DNA of 64,000 bases from Lepidodermella squamata. Taxonomy: Eukaryota > Animalia > Gastrotricha. Of this stretch, positions 1 through 12,929 are shown piece after piece. A program made the position numbers and the translations under genes. Below the pieces are notes generated by a model. The model did not search any database, was not told the origin of the DNA, and saw nothing but the letters and a program-made list of their open reading frames with translations. The stretch spans positions 2,418,001 through 2,482,000 of the forward strand of contig JBLDXI010000032.1 of the NCBI GenBank assembly GCA_047495785.1, given 5' to 3'. How positions within the stretch are numbered: the stretch's first letter is position 1; the number at the start of each line of letters is the position of its first letter.

Positions 1-2292
1 TACGATGATTTTCAGAACTCTTGCAAGACATTATCGAGCAGAAGCCAAATGAGGCTGTTGGAGTTGAAAACGTGATTATTGTCGACAATCTGCCCATCGT
101 CCCACCGGAAAAGAAGTCCAAGCTGTACAACGCGATTGTTAAGCTATTCGATAAAATTGGCCCAGTGAAAAGCAACTTCTTTCCTGATGATGCTAGTGGT
201 CAAACAAAGGGGTAATTGTCATGACATTTGATGTTAGGGCGATATGAATTTTTGCTTCAACTTGCAGATACGTATTCCTGGAGTTCGAAAACAAAGACGT
301 AGCCCAGGCTGCCTTAGTGGCCGTGAACGGTTTCAGGCTCGATAGGCAACACACCTTGGTTGCAAACATGTTCACTGATATTGAAAAGTAACTCCATCAT
401 CCATGCTGTGACGTGGATTGATTTTTTCCATTGATTTTAGGTTCCAGAACGTTGACGAAAATTTCGTTCGCCCTGAGCCGTTGCCCTATCGGAATCATGG
501 AAACTTGTACAGCTGGCTTCAGCAACCCGACGCTTATGATCAGTTGGTCACTGTTAGCAAGTCCGACGAAATGGTCACGATTTTCCAAAGTGCTCGCAAA
601 AATCTTGTCAAAATTATTGACAAAAGACGTTGGACAGAGACGGATTACGTCGTTTGGTCGCCATCTGGAAAGTACCTAGGCACCGTTCATCAAAAAGGTG
701 TTGCCCTGTGGGGAAGTGAAGACTTTCACCAGATCGCTCGTTTTGCTCACAATAATTGCAAGTCGCTCGAATTTTCGACATGTGAGCGCTTTATTATCAC
801 CTTCCGTCGGCCAACCAGTGTTGCCGAAGATCCTGGATCAGTTATTGTGTGGGAAATCAGGGATCAATCGAACAGACGTCAGTTCAAATCTGACGGATAT
901 CAGGATAACTCCGGATTTAAATGGAACGCCAACGGATCTTACCTTGCTAGATGCATGCCCGATTCGTCTAAAATTGCAATTTACGAGACGAAAACATTCA
1001 GCCTTCTCGACAAACGACCCCTCGATGTCCCTCACGTTCGAGAAATCGAATGGAATCCTGTTTATGACCAGCTTGCCTGCTGGTGCGCGGAGGCTGGCCA
1101 AACACCTGCTCGTATTCTCATCTTCGGTCTTCCTTCCAAGAATGAATTGCGTTCTGTGAACGTTTTCACGGCGATTGGCTGCCAGCTTTTCTGGCATCCT
1201 GAAGGCACCTACATGGCCGCTAAGGTCGACAAATATTCTAAAATTAAAAAAGACGGCGGTCAAACCAAGTATACTGTAAGCTATTTCTTGCTTCGTTGTA
1301 ATGTCAGGCTTTACACTACTTATTAACAGGGTCTCAGTCAGAATCTTCATATTTTCTGGTGCAAGGCCCGAGAGAAGGACATTCCTGTCGAACTTGTTGA
1401 ATTGAAGGGTCCTTTGAATGCTCTCAACTGGGAACCAGCGGGCGGTAACAGGTTCGCAGTTTCGATTGGAGAAACCGACACCGAAGTCATCGTCTATCGT
1501 GTTGCGGCCTCTAAGGTCGAAATCCAAGTTTCGCTACCCATGACTCAAGTCCGGGTTCGTTGCAACGGCGTTTTCTGGTCACCGGCAGGTGGCGTCTTTG
1601 TGATAACTGCCAAGGACGGATCGATGGAGTTCTACGACGCAAACGAGTGCCAGGTCATGTCGTCCGAGGCGAAACAAAACAAGCCTGCCTTCTACGAATG
1701 GGACCCGACTGGTCGGTACTTCATGTCTGCCAGCTTGGTTCACAAGAACACGATCGAAAACGGCTTGATCATCTGGTCGGCAACCGGTCGCAAGGTCGCT
1801 GAGCTGAAGAAGGATGGCCTGTCTTTCTGCAAGTGGCGCCCGCGCCCGCCATCTCTCCTGCCCCCAGACCAGCAAGCTGAGCTGAAGAAAAACCTCAAGA
1901 AATACACGAAACGCTTCGACGAAGAGGACAGGAAAAAGCTCAGCAAAGCCACAAAGGTAACTTCTATATTCAGGTCAGAATTCTCGGATTATTAAGGTGG
2001 AATTTTTCTCTATTCTAGGAGCAACTCGAAGTGCGCCGCGCCAAAATGGATGAGTACATCAAGTGGCGCAAATACCTCGTTGATCAGCGTGATCAGCTGT
2101 TGGCTGAAGTCGATGGTTAGTTCTTGGTTCTTTGAATTTCTTTATTTGATCTGTGATTTTCTTCTCTCAGAGGAAGTTGGCTACATCGCGCATTTGTTGA
2201 CGGCCGAGCGGGAAAAGCAGTTGGTGGATGGAGGTTACGTTGAAGAAACCCGGGAAGTTCTCGAAAACGTTGACGAGGAACTGGCGCAATAG
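1..2292 (+). CDS. EIF3B: Translation initiation factor 3 subunit B (5'-partial, multi-exon)
   Basis: RRM segment (NVIIVDNLPIV; spliced TKG|YVFLEF across intron 212-267), beta-propeller motifs (WTETDYVVWSPSGKYL, WDPTGRYF) and WRPRPPSLL...LKKNLKKY. Short GT-AG introns; stop TAG at 2290-2292. Confidence 0.96.
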
Positions 2293-2619
2293 AGTGGCTA
2301 TATAGACACTGCAAATTCAACTCGTTTCAGCTGGCCATGCATGTGTGTCCAACTACTAAATTAGTACAGCTACTGTTACTGACGCTTTAATTGATTTTTC
2401 AATATATAAAGTCAAATTCACCATAAATGTGCTAAAAGATGTAATACAAAGCCGGTTATTATTGGCACGGCGCGCCGCTGCTCACGTGGTGTGTAAAAAT
2501 AATATTCTGTATGTGTGTGTTCCGTCATTCCATTGCGCGGCGTTGTGACAAGGTGATTGTGAAACAGAAATCGTGCCCAATCGTGATTTGACATTGTTAT
2601 TTTCAAACTGGTTGCCTCG

Positions 2620-5285
2620 CTAATTATAGTTTTCTTCCAGCAAAATGACAATTTCTTTCACGCGGTTGGTGATTGTAGTTTCTGTTTCAGTCAGTCGGTC
2701 GGTGGTTTGGTGAAGTGAACGAGCTTTGGGTATTGAAAATCTGAAAATATTAATAATAATAAGCGTATAAGAATAAAGAGGAAGGTTTCGGTGCCTGATG
2801 TTTCCTTTCGATTTCACGCTATGCTGAGTATTTACAAGAGCCGTCCGTACGCTAGAGGTGTCACGATTGTGTTGACCTGATCATGGAAAATTACTGCATT
2901 TGAAGTGCAAATTGCTATTTCGGAAAATTTACGAGCAATAGCAGCCGCAAGTGGGAGGTGTAGCGTAGAAAATTTGGCATTATTTCGGCGCGAAATCGCT
3001 CAGTAAAAATGAACTCAACCGCAAATTGCAGTGAGATTTCCGGGAAACCCGTCAGGACAAAGCAAATCAGGACAAATGCCAACGTGTTCCTGTTGAAATA
3101 GAAAGTAACTTTCAGAATTGATAAAAAGTGGAAATAGTAACTGTTCCTACGACTGGTTTTCAAAATTTTACCCATTATATGGCAAATCTCAATTTGGTTT
3201 CTAATTAATTCATGGAACTTGATCAGGGTTGAACTGGCGGAGTTCAATACAGTGAAAGTTGTTTAAACCGGACCGGTCTAAACCGGACTTTCTCTAAACC
3301 GGACGATTTCGGGTGGCTCGATCCGAAAATGTGGACTTTACATTATAATTTTATTGTCTAAACCGGACTCTCTAAACCGGACTGGTGTATAAACCGGACG
3401 GATTTGGGGCTCGAAGTCCGGTTTATGCAATAAAAAGGCCAATTTTCTATATAATTTTGAAGAAAGTGCCAGCCCCTGCCTGACAAGAGTAGCCTCAAAA
3501 TTTCGAAAAAAATTTAACTTCCAAATTATTGCGAATATAGCTGAATATGTTGATTATTTATATTAAAATTGTCAATTCCGTACTCAAAAACTATTACTTA
3601 GCTTGTAAAACTTGAAAATTCCATGAATTTTACGTGGTATTTCCTATACCGGACTCAGTCCGGTTTAAAATAATTCGGACTTTCTCTAAACCGGACGATT
3701 TTGCCTGGCACGACCTTAGTCCGGTTTAGACAACTTTCACTGTATTTAATATCATCCAAATTCCTAATTTCTTCGGTTCATGAATATAATTAAAACGTAC
3801 ACAAGGCGTCTGCGGTTGATGAGGATATCTGTCTCATCCATAAAACGTTGACGATTTTTAGGATTAGCTGGTTCTGTTTCTGAAACTCGGAAAACATATT
3901 CGTTGTGGTCATGGACCTCACTCAGCCGCTTTATGTTTTGACTAGATCGACGGATGTATCGATTGTCGTGACCATGGTTCATAATTGCAATAGTAGAAAA
4001 TCGCTGCGGTAGTAGGTTATACTCGCTAACACTGGAAATTCTTTTAAAGTTCGGCCCGATGGTATCGTCACTTGGTCGCAAAGAGTTCACGGTCTGACTA
4101 TAATGAGTGTTGGAAAACTGAACAGTTGAAGCATTCGCCAATGTTTTTGCGACTGAGATCCGCTTCAAGCATACGCGCAAAACGGCGATACTTTTCGCGA
4201 AGAGGAAAAGACAAGCGGCAGATAACGGAACCCACAACCCAGCGACAGGCGTCTGAATAGCCGAGGCTTGGCATTTCAGGGCCTTGCGGCAGTAATTTTG
4301 AACCGTTGTAGCAGATTCAAATGTGACCGCCCAAGCATCGTCCAGCTTTGTTGAATATTTACCATCTTTCGCAGGTAGGCAAGTGGCCTCAGACAAGCCT
4401 GTAGGCGACGCTAGACCAAGAACTGAGCATAACGTGCTGACAAAAATGACAAAAATCAAGCCAATAAATGACGCAAGCTTCATAGACGCAGTTAATTGCG
4501 GTGCGGAAAATCTGCGACGACGGACGGCCGAGACAGCTGGTTTACAAATGGCGACGTAATTTTCGACAGTTAACGCAAACATGGCGCACATCACAACTAA
4601 TTGCCAGAATGATGTAACTCCGCGCTCGTGAAGCACCCTCACACAAGGAATCCAAGCTCCTAAGCTGAGGCCGTAAAGTGTTAGAGAAGCCAGTTCAACT
4701 ACGTGGCTCGCGCTAACTAACGAATTTACGACAGCCATTGCTCCTACGAAAATTCTCTGGGCTGAGAAGTTCTGCAGGACGCCATCTGGGCGACGAGACA
4801 GGACAGCGACAAAAAATAGGACAATATTGAGAAGAAATCCTAGCGTTGATAGGATGAGGTAGATGAATTCGAAATCGTTGACTCTATAGAAACTGCTTGT
4901 CAAGTTACTAGCGTGATGTGGAGTTGCAGCATTGGACGCAAGCTTCCATGTCACATCGCGAGCTAATTCGTCCGCTCGACTGGCAAATTGTCTGTACTCG
5001 TTCGCTGGTAGGGAAACTTTTAAGCCAGCTTTCGGTGTTACGAAGTTATCGTTGTAAAATAGCGGTTGAAGCATTACTCAAAAATCAAGGATACGTCTGT
5101 AGCTTTTTACCTATAACTGAACAAGCGCCCTGGGGCTCGAGACGTTTTTCAATTGTGATAATGTAAGCGTCAATTTTCATGACTGATCCATCATGCGCGA
5201 ATGCATTCAATTTCACAGAAGTAGTCCGAGAATAAACACCTACGTGACGAAGCCAGGTAAGTTCATTTGAGAGTAGTGAAACCAT
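2620..5285 (-). CDS. Divergent rhodopsin-class GPCR, about 5 exons, with a MITE in one intron
   Basis: TM1-TM5 lie in ORF 3764-5074 (GFLLNIVL; TM3 ALTVENYVAICKP). The TM6 exon is at ~2936-3090 (NTLAFVLICFVLTGFPE), the TM7 exon at ~2836-2876 (VNTIVTPLAYG), and the last exon ends at 2620. The start codon is uncertain. Confidence 0.8.
3250..3742. mobile_element. MITE of Tc1/mariner-pogo type, copy 1
   Basis: TA on both sides (3248-49, 3743-44); TIR CAGTGAAAGTTGT(T/C)TAAACCGGAC; about 11 internal TAAACCGGAC subrepeats; no coding capacity; near-identical inverted copy at 27660-28145. Confidence 0.95.
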
Positions 5286-5401
5286 TTATAAAAGCTTAGG
5301 ATAATTAAATGTGCACTTTACTCATCTTGGACGATCATAATATTATAGATAGCATCAGAGAGCATTAATTTACACCGGCATGGCATTGATTTTGAAAGCT
5401 T

Positions 5402-6739
5402 TTAGTTAGGAGCCTTGAACTTCGCAACCCGAAGTCGAAGCAGGGATAGACGCTTTTTGGCCGCCGCATTTTGCACCTGGTCGTTGCTGTCTCCGCATTC
5501 GTCAACGGCTGTTTTAAGCGACGACTGCTCCTTTTTCTCAGCAATAATGTCCTGCCGAAATTAGGGGTTTGAATTTTACTTTTTCAACTTAAGTTTTCAA
5601 GTTACCTTGAGCGGCTTCTCCGGAAGTCCTTCGCACTTGTTCATCCAAGGTTGAGAGACAACTTGGGCAAAAGAGAGGCGCTTCTCTGGACAGGGTTCTA
5701 GTAAACCAGATATAAGTTCCAGGAGGTCGCTGTCGATGTAAGGCGAAATTTCCTCGGGAATCTTGGTCCATTCCTTACGCGTCTGCTTATCAATAAGCTT
5801 TGAGTCTGCTTCTTCGAAGGGAACAGTTCCAACAACCATTTCAAACAAAATGCAGCCCAGTGACCAAGTGTCTAATACAACGGTTAAATGCGTGATGATT
5901 TAAAGAAACTGGCTAACCTGCAATTTTCGGACAATATCGTTTATTGCCGATTACTTCGGGAGCTGCATAACACAAAGATCCACTGCAAAATAAAACAGAG
6001 CGCTGATCATTCAATTGAAATTAAAAATAATTACCACCAAGTATCCGACATTAATCTTCGGCCATTCTTTGATGGTCGAACTTTGCGTGAAAATCCAAGA
6101 TCTGCCAACTTGACATTTCCATCTTGATCAAGCAGTACATTCGCGGACTTGAGGTCTCGATGCACGATCTTCGAAGATCACGGAAAGTTTGAGCCGATTT
6201 TTAAATTTAATTCCTGGTAAAAACTCACGTTCATGGAATGAATATGCCTCACGACTTGAAGCAATTGGCCGAAGATTCGCCGGCAGTAACTTGGTGTCAT
6301 CGCTCCGTATTCCGCAATAACATCCTCCAAGCTGCCGCATTTGGCCCAGTCCATGACAATGAAAACACGGCCGACAGCTTCGAAGACGTCGTAAACCTTG
6401 ACGAAGTACTTGTGGCGGACTTCACGCAGAATTTCAAGCTCTCGTGGCAGAAACTTTTCGACTAGTTCCGAAGAATCGCTCTTCTTGTTGATGACTTTGA
6501 TGGCAAGCTCGCAACTCTTGTTGTAGACCCGCGTTGCGCGCCTGAAATCGCGACAAAAATATATCACCGCTCTTCAATCAACTCTCAATGGAAACTCACC
6601 AAACTTTTGCGCTCGAACCCTCTCCTATCAAACCTTTAAGTATGTAGCCTCGCAGGCGAAGTTCAGTTTGGACGCGACTTCGCCTGTCCAGCGTGATAGG
6701 TACCGGCGTTTCTGCTACGGAATGCTGGGCTTGCTCCAT
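5402..6739 (-). CDS. Testis-specific serine/threonine kinase-like (TSSK family), 6 exons
   Basis: Spliced model gives [14 protein letters not shown], the TSSK hallmark [42 protein letters not shown] and [13 protein letters not shown] 6739, TAA 5402. Confidence 0.88.
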
Positions 6740-7444
6740 GTGAATAAAGTTTGAATAAGGGATTTTTAATAGAAAACTAAAATAGCTGCGTACAAATATG
6801 AATAGTTTAATTCTGGATCATTTCATTAAGCTGGATCTTTTGATTTGCTGATATTCCGCAAATTGATTAATTGTTACCGTCTAATACTGAATAACTTTTT
6901 TCATGTACCTAGTAACTGAGTTGGAGCAGTAGAATTTTCGAGGACAATCTCTGCAAAACTATGAAATACCGGAATATTCACAGTTAAAGTTTTCGCGTCC
7001 TCCGAACTCGGATTAGCTCGGATCGCGATGGTCTTGGATTAGCGAATCGACTGTTATTTCAAAAGTTGCGGGATACAACATTTATATGCATTGCTTTCAG
7101 GAAATGTTCCTAAAGCTTTAGCGACATGACCTCCGACTTGATAATGTACGGCGACAAATCACAAAACAAATTCATCCGCCCAACTGAAACTGCTATTGTA
7201 ACCTAAATGACTAATTCCAAACACCCTTTTGATACGTGTTGTGTAGTATTTGTGCCGCCACCGCTTACTGTTGACATGCTACAGCTATTTTGCCATCACG
7301 ACTCGAACGTCAGAAGCTACGATTCATCGCTTTCTTCATGAAAAAAACTCTCGCACGTTACACGCATTGTATTTAATGCACAAACAGTTCACATCTGCAG
7401 TCTATATTGGATCTATGAAGAAATTACCTGCTTGAAAAGAAAAC

Positions 7445-9584
7445 ATGATAGCAAGACTTTCCTGTCTCATAATCTTGGCTGCCTGTTATGCTCATGTTAC
7501 GAATGGCCAAGGTCAAATCGATAACACGTTTTGCCCAACCTGCCCAAAGGAATGCCTAATATGGTGCGTTCGAGTCGTTAACAACACATCGCCTTGTGAG
7601 GTAGTCAAAACTAAAACAAATGACCGATGCAAACAGATGAAATGCATCAATTTCTACTGCGGATACCCAACTGCTTTGTTCTGCTCGGCAGCCGGAGTCG
7701 TCGACCGCAATTGTTCAGTGCCGAGTTCTTTGTTCGACGGCATGCCCGAAAGCTGCGGAGCATGGTTTAATTCACAAGTGAGATTCTTCATTGATATCAG
7801 TTTTTCAGACTAATTTTTTTTCTAGTGCAAAGTTGCATCCGCATTGCCACCAAATCCGCCATTCGCCCTAGCTGGACCAGACGATTCAACAGATGAACCG
7901 AGCAGCACTCCTGTTCCGCCTCGAAGACCAACCCCGCCCCATGAAGCAGGCTGTCCGGGCTGTCCTGATGCATGTGGTTCATTGTGCACTCAAACAATGG
8001 CATTCGTCGCCCCTTGTCAAATTTCTGTGACGAAACCGGATATTGATCAAGAGAAATGCAAACCGGAGCAATGCCACAATTCCTACTGTTACTCGCCCCA
8101 TGAGTTTTACTGCAACGACCAGGGGGAAGTCGACATCAATTGTTCGAAAGACCAAACAATGATCCAACTCTTCGCGAACTCATCCGATGCTTGCCGAAAC
8201 TGGTACTTCGGACAGGTAAGTCTCATCCTTAATGTATGGTGATTCGTTTACAGTGTCCTGTTTACAGTGTAGAAAGCGGCCGCCACCTTCTCGAGATAAC
8301 TGGACAACAGGCGTACCCAAGGAGAGACCTTCAAGACTCCCAGTGCAAAGTTTAGCCGGACCGGATGATCAAGATGCAAAACAGGACGTTCCGCAACCGG
8401 CTGATACGGCCAAGTTCTGTGAGCCGTCATGTCCTGCATCTTGCGGCGACCTATGCACTGCAAGTGAATCTTCGGGCGAGGACGTTTGCAACGCAGTGAA
8501 GACGCAATATCCTGAATGCTCTGAGCTGCACTGTAATAACATGATGTGCAAGACTCCATTCGCCATATTTTGCACTGAAGACTACAAAGTTAATGCGCAA
8601 TGCTCAACTCAGCGACCGGGAGCCATACAGTTTCTAAATTCGACCTCTGAGGAGTGTCGCAATTGGTTCGCAGGATTGGTTAGCTTTGCCTTTCCTACAC
8701 AATTCTTGTACAAATTTGTCTTTACTTATAGTGTGTACCTCGAAGGACCAAAATGCCCAACTCAGAGCCAAGACCAACACGCCAGCCGCCAAACAACAAC
8801 AGACCTGAAGAGCACAAGTGCGACGAAACCTGCCCGTCGCAATGCGGCCGGATGTGCAGGATGGTGAATGCGTTTGTTGCACCTTGCCGGCCCCGTTCTT
8901 CAGCGGAATGCCCTGCGGAAAAGTGCCAGAACTTTTATTGCAACACACCGTTCGCCCTATTCTGCAAGGCTAACCAAGAAATCGATCGAAACTGTACAGA
9001 CCCAGCCGCTTCAATGTTCATAGATTCGGATATACCTGCTTGCCGCGAATGGATAGTCAATAAGGTGAGAAATTTACAATTCATGAAATTTACAATTGTT
9101 AACAAATCATTTTTTACAGTGTAAGGCCAGCGGAACTATGCTTTCGGAGCCGACAAAATCTTTGGTAAAACGGGAAGCTGCTGTTGAGGACGAATCGACC
9201 ACAATTCGAACCTCTCCAAAACTCAACCGGATAATAGTCGGTCGAACTCCCCGACCATTACGCCCGTTACGATTTAGGCCATGTACAAATGATTGCCCAG
9301 TAGCTGAATGCGGCGAGAATTTGTGTAGACTTAGCGAAGCTGTCAGATCTCCATGCTTGCCGTTCCCGAGTGACGCCTCGCCCCAGTGCCCACCAACCAA
9401 CTGTTTGGACTTGTATTGCGGAGCTCCTTTCGCTCTCTATTGCCAAGCTAACGGAGAAATCGACACGAATTGCACGAATAATGAAATCGCAAATCAATAC
9501 CTTTCAAGCAATAGCACAGTATGCTCGGCTTGGCTTTTACAAAAATGTCAGAGCTTTATTTCAAGCAAGCTTGAAGGAGATTGA
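7445..9584 (+). CDS. Secreted protein with five tandem 12-Cys modules (family not recognised)
   Basis: Signal peptide MIARLSCLIILAACYAHVTNG; five exons, each carrying one module; four phase-0 introns immediately before the last Cys of modules 1-4; stop at 9584. Confidence 0.88.
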
Positions 9585-9912
9585 CTTTGTTTCTAAGCTG
9601 ATTAAAGAGAAGCTAAAACGTGAAAAATAAACATAGCTATATATTTGCATTGTACACCGTATAAGTTTGGTTATCTAATTGAGAGTTAGGAAGCTTCGGC
9701 ATCCAAAAACGCAAGGAAAATCCGCTGTTCTCTATCATCACTAAAAGAGGAAAACTTGAAAATTCAGCGAATTTATTCCGAAGATTGTTTATTGCACTCA
9801 ATCAAGCTGGACTACTTATACCAGCGGCAAAAATATAAAGGAAGATGAAGGCTGAATAGGTCTTCGCTTCAATCGAAAGACCTGGATGTTCCCGTGTAAC
9901 TTGAACAATCCT

Positions 9913-12247
9913 TCATTTAGGTGGCACCGAGCTCACTTGAGTTTGCTGGAGAGAGTAATGCAGAGGTTCTTCGAATATAGTCAACAGAAATACAACTGTA
10001 AATCCTAAGATGAGTCCAACATGCTGAAGAAACAAGTGTTTCCAGAAATTGGATTTGATATGCAACAGCTCTGGCATCTTCAGGGAACATGAGGAGAAAG
10101 GTTTCAAAGAGTAAGAAGGATAAGCGACATGAACATACCAGTTCACACAATGCGTGGTGAAGAAAGACGCCGGCAATAAAAATGTACACCCATCTACGGG
10201 CGTAATCGTCAGTCGAAACTCCGAGCCCAATGAATAGGCCAATGAAGGTCAGCAGAGTCTGCCCAGCGTGCCAAGTCAAAGCTCCTCTCCATGTTACCCC
10301 TGTTGATAGCAGATTCGCGAAATCACCGATTTCGTACGGCATTTTTTGGAAAAACTACAAACATTACAAATTCTATCAGACAAAAGGAAGCTTCTAACAC
10401 GTTTACCACAGCGAAAGAGGTTGGTAGGCCGCTAACTAGACTGGTGGAAAATGCCGTTCCTAATGCAAGAAAGCAATAAGTCCATGCAATAGTAAAACGT
10501 TAGCAACTCTTACCTATTGCAATACCGTCCATAACCTGAACATCAATTAGTTATTCAATATAGAGCAATCAGTAACCTTATTTGAAACTTACGCTATGAG
10601 TTGCCTCGGCGAAAATTATGACCCAGCCAAATCCTTTCTTCGGCAAACAGCCTTGAAAAACAAAACACTCGGTACAAAATATATCAGGTGCCAATTGCTG
10701 CTATTTCAAACCTCTGAAATAAGATTTGATGCCCATGACACAAGCTGAAAGTGCGACAATTGGAAGCAAAATTAGGCCAAATTTGAAGCTAGCATACTTT
10801 CAAAGCATTCATCACCGACAGAGGATGCAACTCGGCCATCGTGACGGCCTCGTGGGCCTATGGTAACTTTCCGCTTGACCTTATCCAAATCCTGATAGAA
10901 TGAAAAAGGATTTAGTCATTGAATACTGAAGATGTTGCAATGCTGCAATGTTATTTGCCGCTGTCAACCCACAATTATACCTTCGACGTTTGTCTGGAAG
11001 GAAACAAAGTATAAGCACCATTAGCACCTTCCAGGCCAAAATGCAGAGCGATTGGATTTGATGGTGGCTGCGTAAAAATGGGGATTCATTTCGGTCGTGT
11101 GTTAGTATTACGATAAAACTTTCGAACCATTACATTTCCATCGATGAGCTCAACTCGCGAGGAAGATGATCGCCGAAACACATGTCCCATCGAAATGCTG
11201 TTACTCCGTCGTATTGGTGCAGGACTCACGTTTTTACTCCCGCCTTGTTGTGCTTCTTGACCGGTATCATTGACAACAACTTCTGGAACCGATGCTTCGG
11301 GCTCAGTTGCAGATAACCTGACAGAACGGACACGCTGTAGCAACAACCTGCCAAGATTGGCCAGCCTGTTAGCCTTCCTTTCGCCTTTATCCTTCGTTCG
11401 ATCACGGGAGCGCACCGCATGGGATCGTATGGCATGTTGATGCTCGTTGACGTGACCCCGTGTTGCTATCAGCATTTCGAACCTTACGAGTTCCAAAATT
11501 TATTTAAAGCGAATAGGGAAATTCGGTAAACTTACATGTATAGAATGTAAATTGGCAGCAGCATAACGATTTGCTTTATGACCTTCGTGCTGACATCTAC
11601 CTCCCCACTAACAGGATTTTTCCTCATTTTTCGAAGGCCAAACGCCTTTGGTATAAGATGCAGCGTTGTGTCGCAGAGTAGAGTTGACATTGCAAGCGCC
11701 CTAGCATAACAACACTGTAAAAAAGCATTGTGTTAAGAAATTATCAGTGGCTAACATTATTGCTGTCATGATAAATGGATACTTCGGATTGTCGTGTTTA
11801 GGAATTATGAAGAACAGGCCGATTGGGAAGACGCAGATTACGGTTACCGACAGAACGCCGTAGCCATATCTCTCACCATCCGATGCTAATTTCGATTCGA
11901 CATATTCATCCTCTAATGGGCTACTCGCGTCAGAAAAATTGCTCGAACATCGATCCAACTGATCGAACGCCGCCTTGAGGAGTGTTTGATCCTCGAAAGA
12001 GGGGCACGTTGTAGATGAATTGCAGCCGCTTCCATAAGCGGTCTTTATGATAAACAAGGATTTTTCGCAAGCCTTGACGATTGGAAATGAAAGCAGAATG
12101 AGAGAGCCGAGAATATTTCTGCAATATTCCTACCGTCAAGTTGCCGATACTGGCAGCAGGAGTGTATGCGAAGACAGGCTTAAAGGTTGTAATTACGAGC
12201 AAGCATGACAATAAGACGAAACAAGAATCGTTAAGAAACACTTTCAT
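9913..12247 (-). CDS. ZIP/SLC39 (LIV-1-type) metal transporter-like, paralog A, degenerate metal motif
   Basis: Signal peptide; ERYGYGVLSVTVI; ALAMSTLLCDTTLHLIP; TM4 EATHS|VMDGIAIG; TM5 FFQKMPYEIGDF; TM7 GVFLHHALCEL|MPELL. Confidence 0.88.
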
Positions 12248-12929
12248 CGAAGTAGATTTTCTGGTTGCATAAGTACCTATCATATCGACCATCACAGATT
12301 TGTCATAACGAAAAGAATGGATTTTTATTACTCTGGACATCAGGTGAGAAGTAAGGGGCTTTGAAGTTACGAGATTATTCCTTTGAAAGTTGTTTAGAAT
12401 CAAAAAGTGATGTTGTTCAAAAAAAGGTAAACATTGGCGCGGCAAAAACTTACTTGCATTGAAAGAAACGTCGGCAACCTATGCAAGTCCACTTCATCAA
12501 ACCTTAAGTTACTTTGGGGTTCGGGGTCAAACTACTGTTATTTGAGTTTCATTGGCGGTGGAGGGTTGCCCATATCTCATAATCTCATCGTGTTTGGCAT
12601 CATTAAGAGTAATTATTTACCATATGTTTTTTCGTATAATAAGCTTCATCCACGCATCTTATCTCAGGTTAGCATCGTGTTATCACCCAAATGATCTAAC
12701 AAAGCGGTATAAGAGTTAGTTGTAGGTTACAGCTCTTAGTTTTATATGTTCTTCATTAGAGTCACGTGCGTGATAACTCTCTTCTGGTGATAAAAACAAA
12801 ACCGTTTCGGTAAGAGATTTAGGATTAGCCAAATGGATGCTCCCTTAAGATTTCATTCGCTTTATTGCAATCACCGGATTAAGCAGAGCTGCTGTACGAA
12901 AATAATTCACCAGATATTACATCGCAAAG

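Noticed and set aside
3260-3730. Repeated TAAACCGGAC units as a CRISPR-like array
   Set aside because: Spacing is irregular, both orientations occur, the units are bounded by TIRs and TA, and the context is eukaryotic. They are MITE subrepeats.
6980-7056. Isolated CAGTCGA-type TIR-like ends here and near 56665
   Set aside because: No matching partner end was found; at most old MITE debris.
11930-12445. Apparent frameshift in the N-terminus of ZIP paralog A
   Set aside because: A ~60 nt GT-AG intron (ACG|gtagga...tcaag|GCT) joins the two frames.
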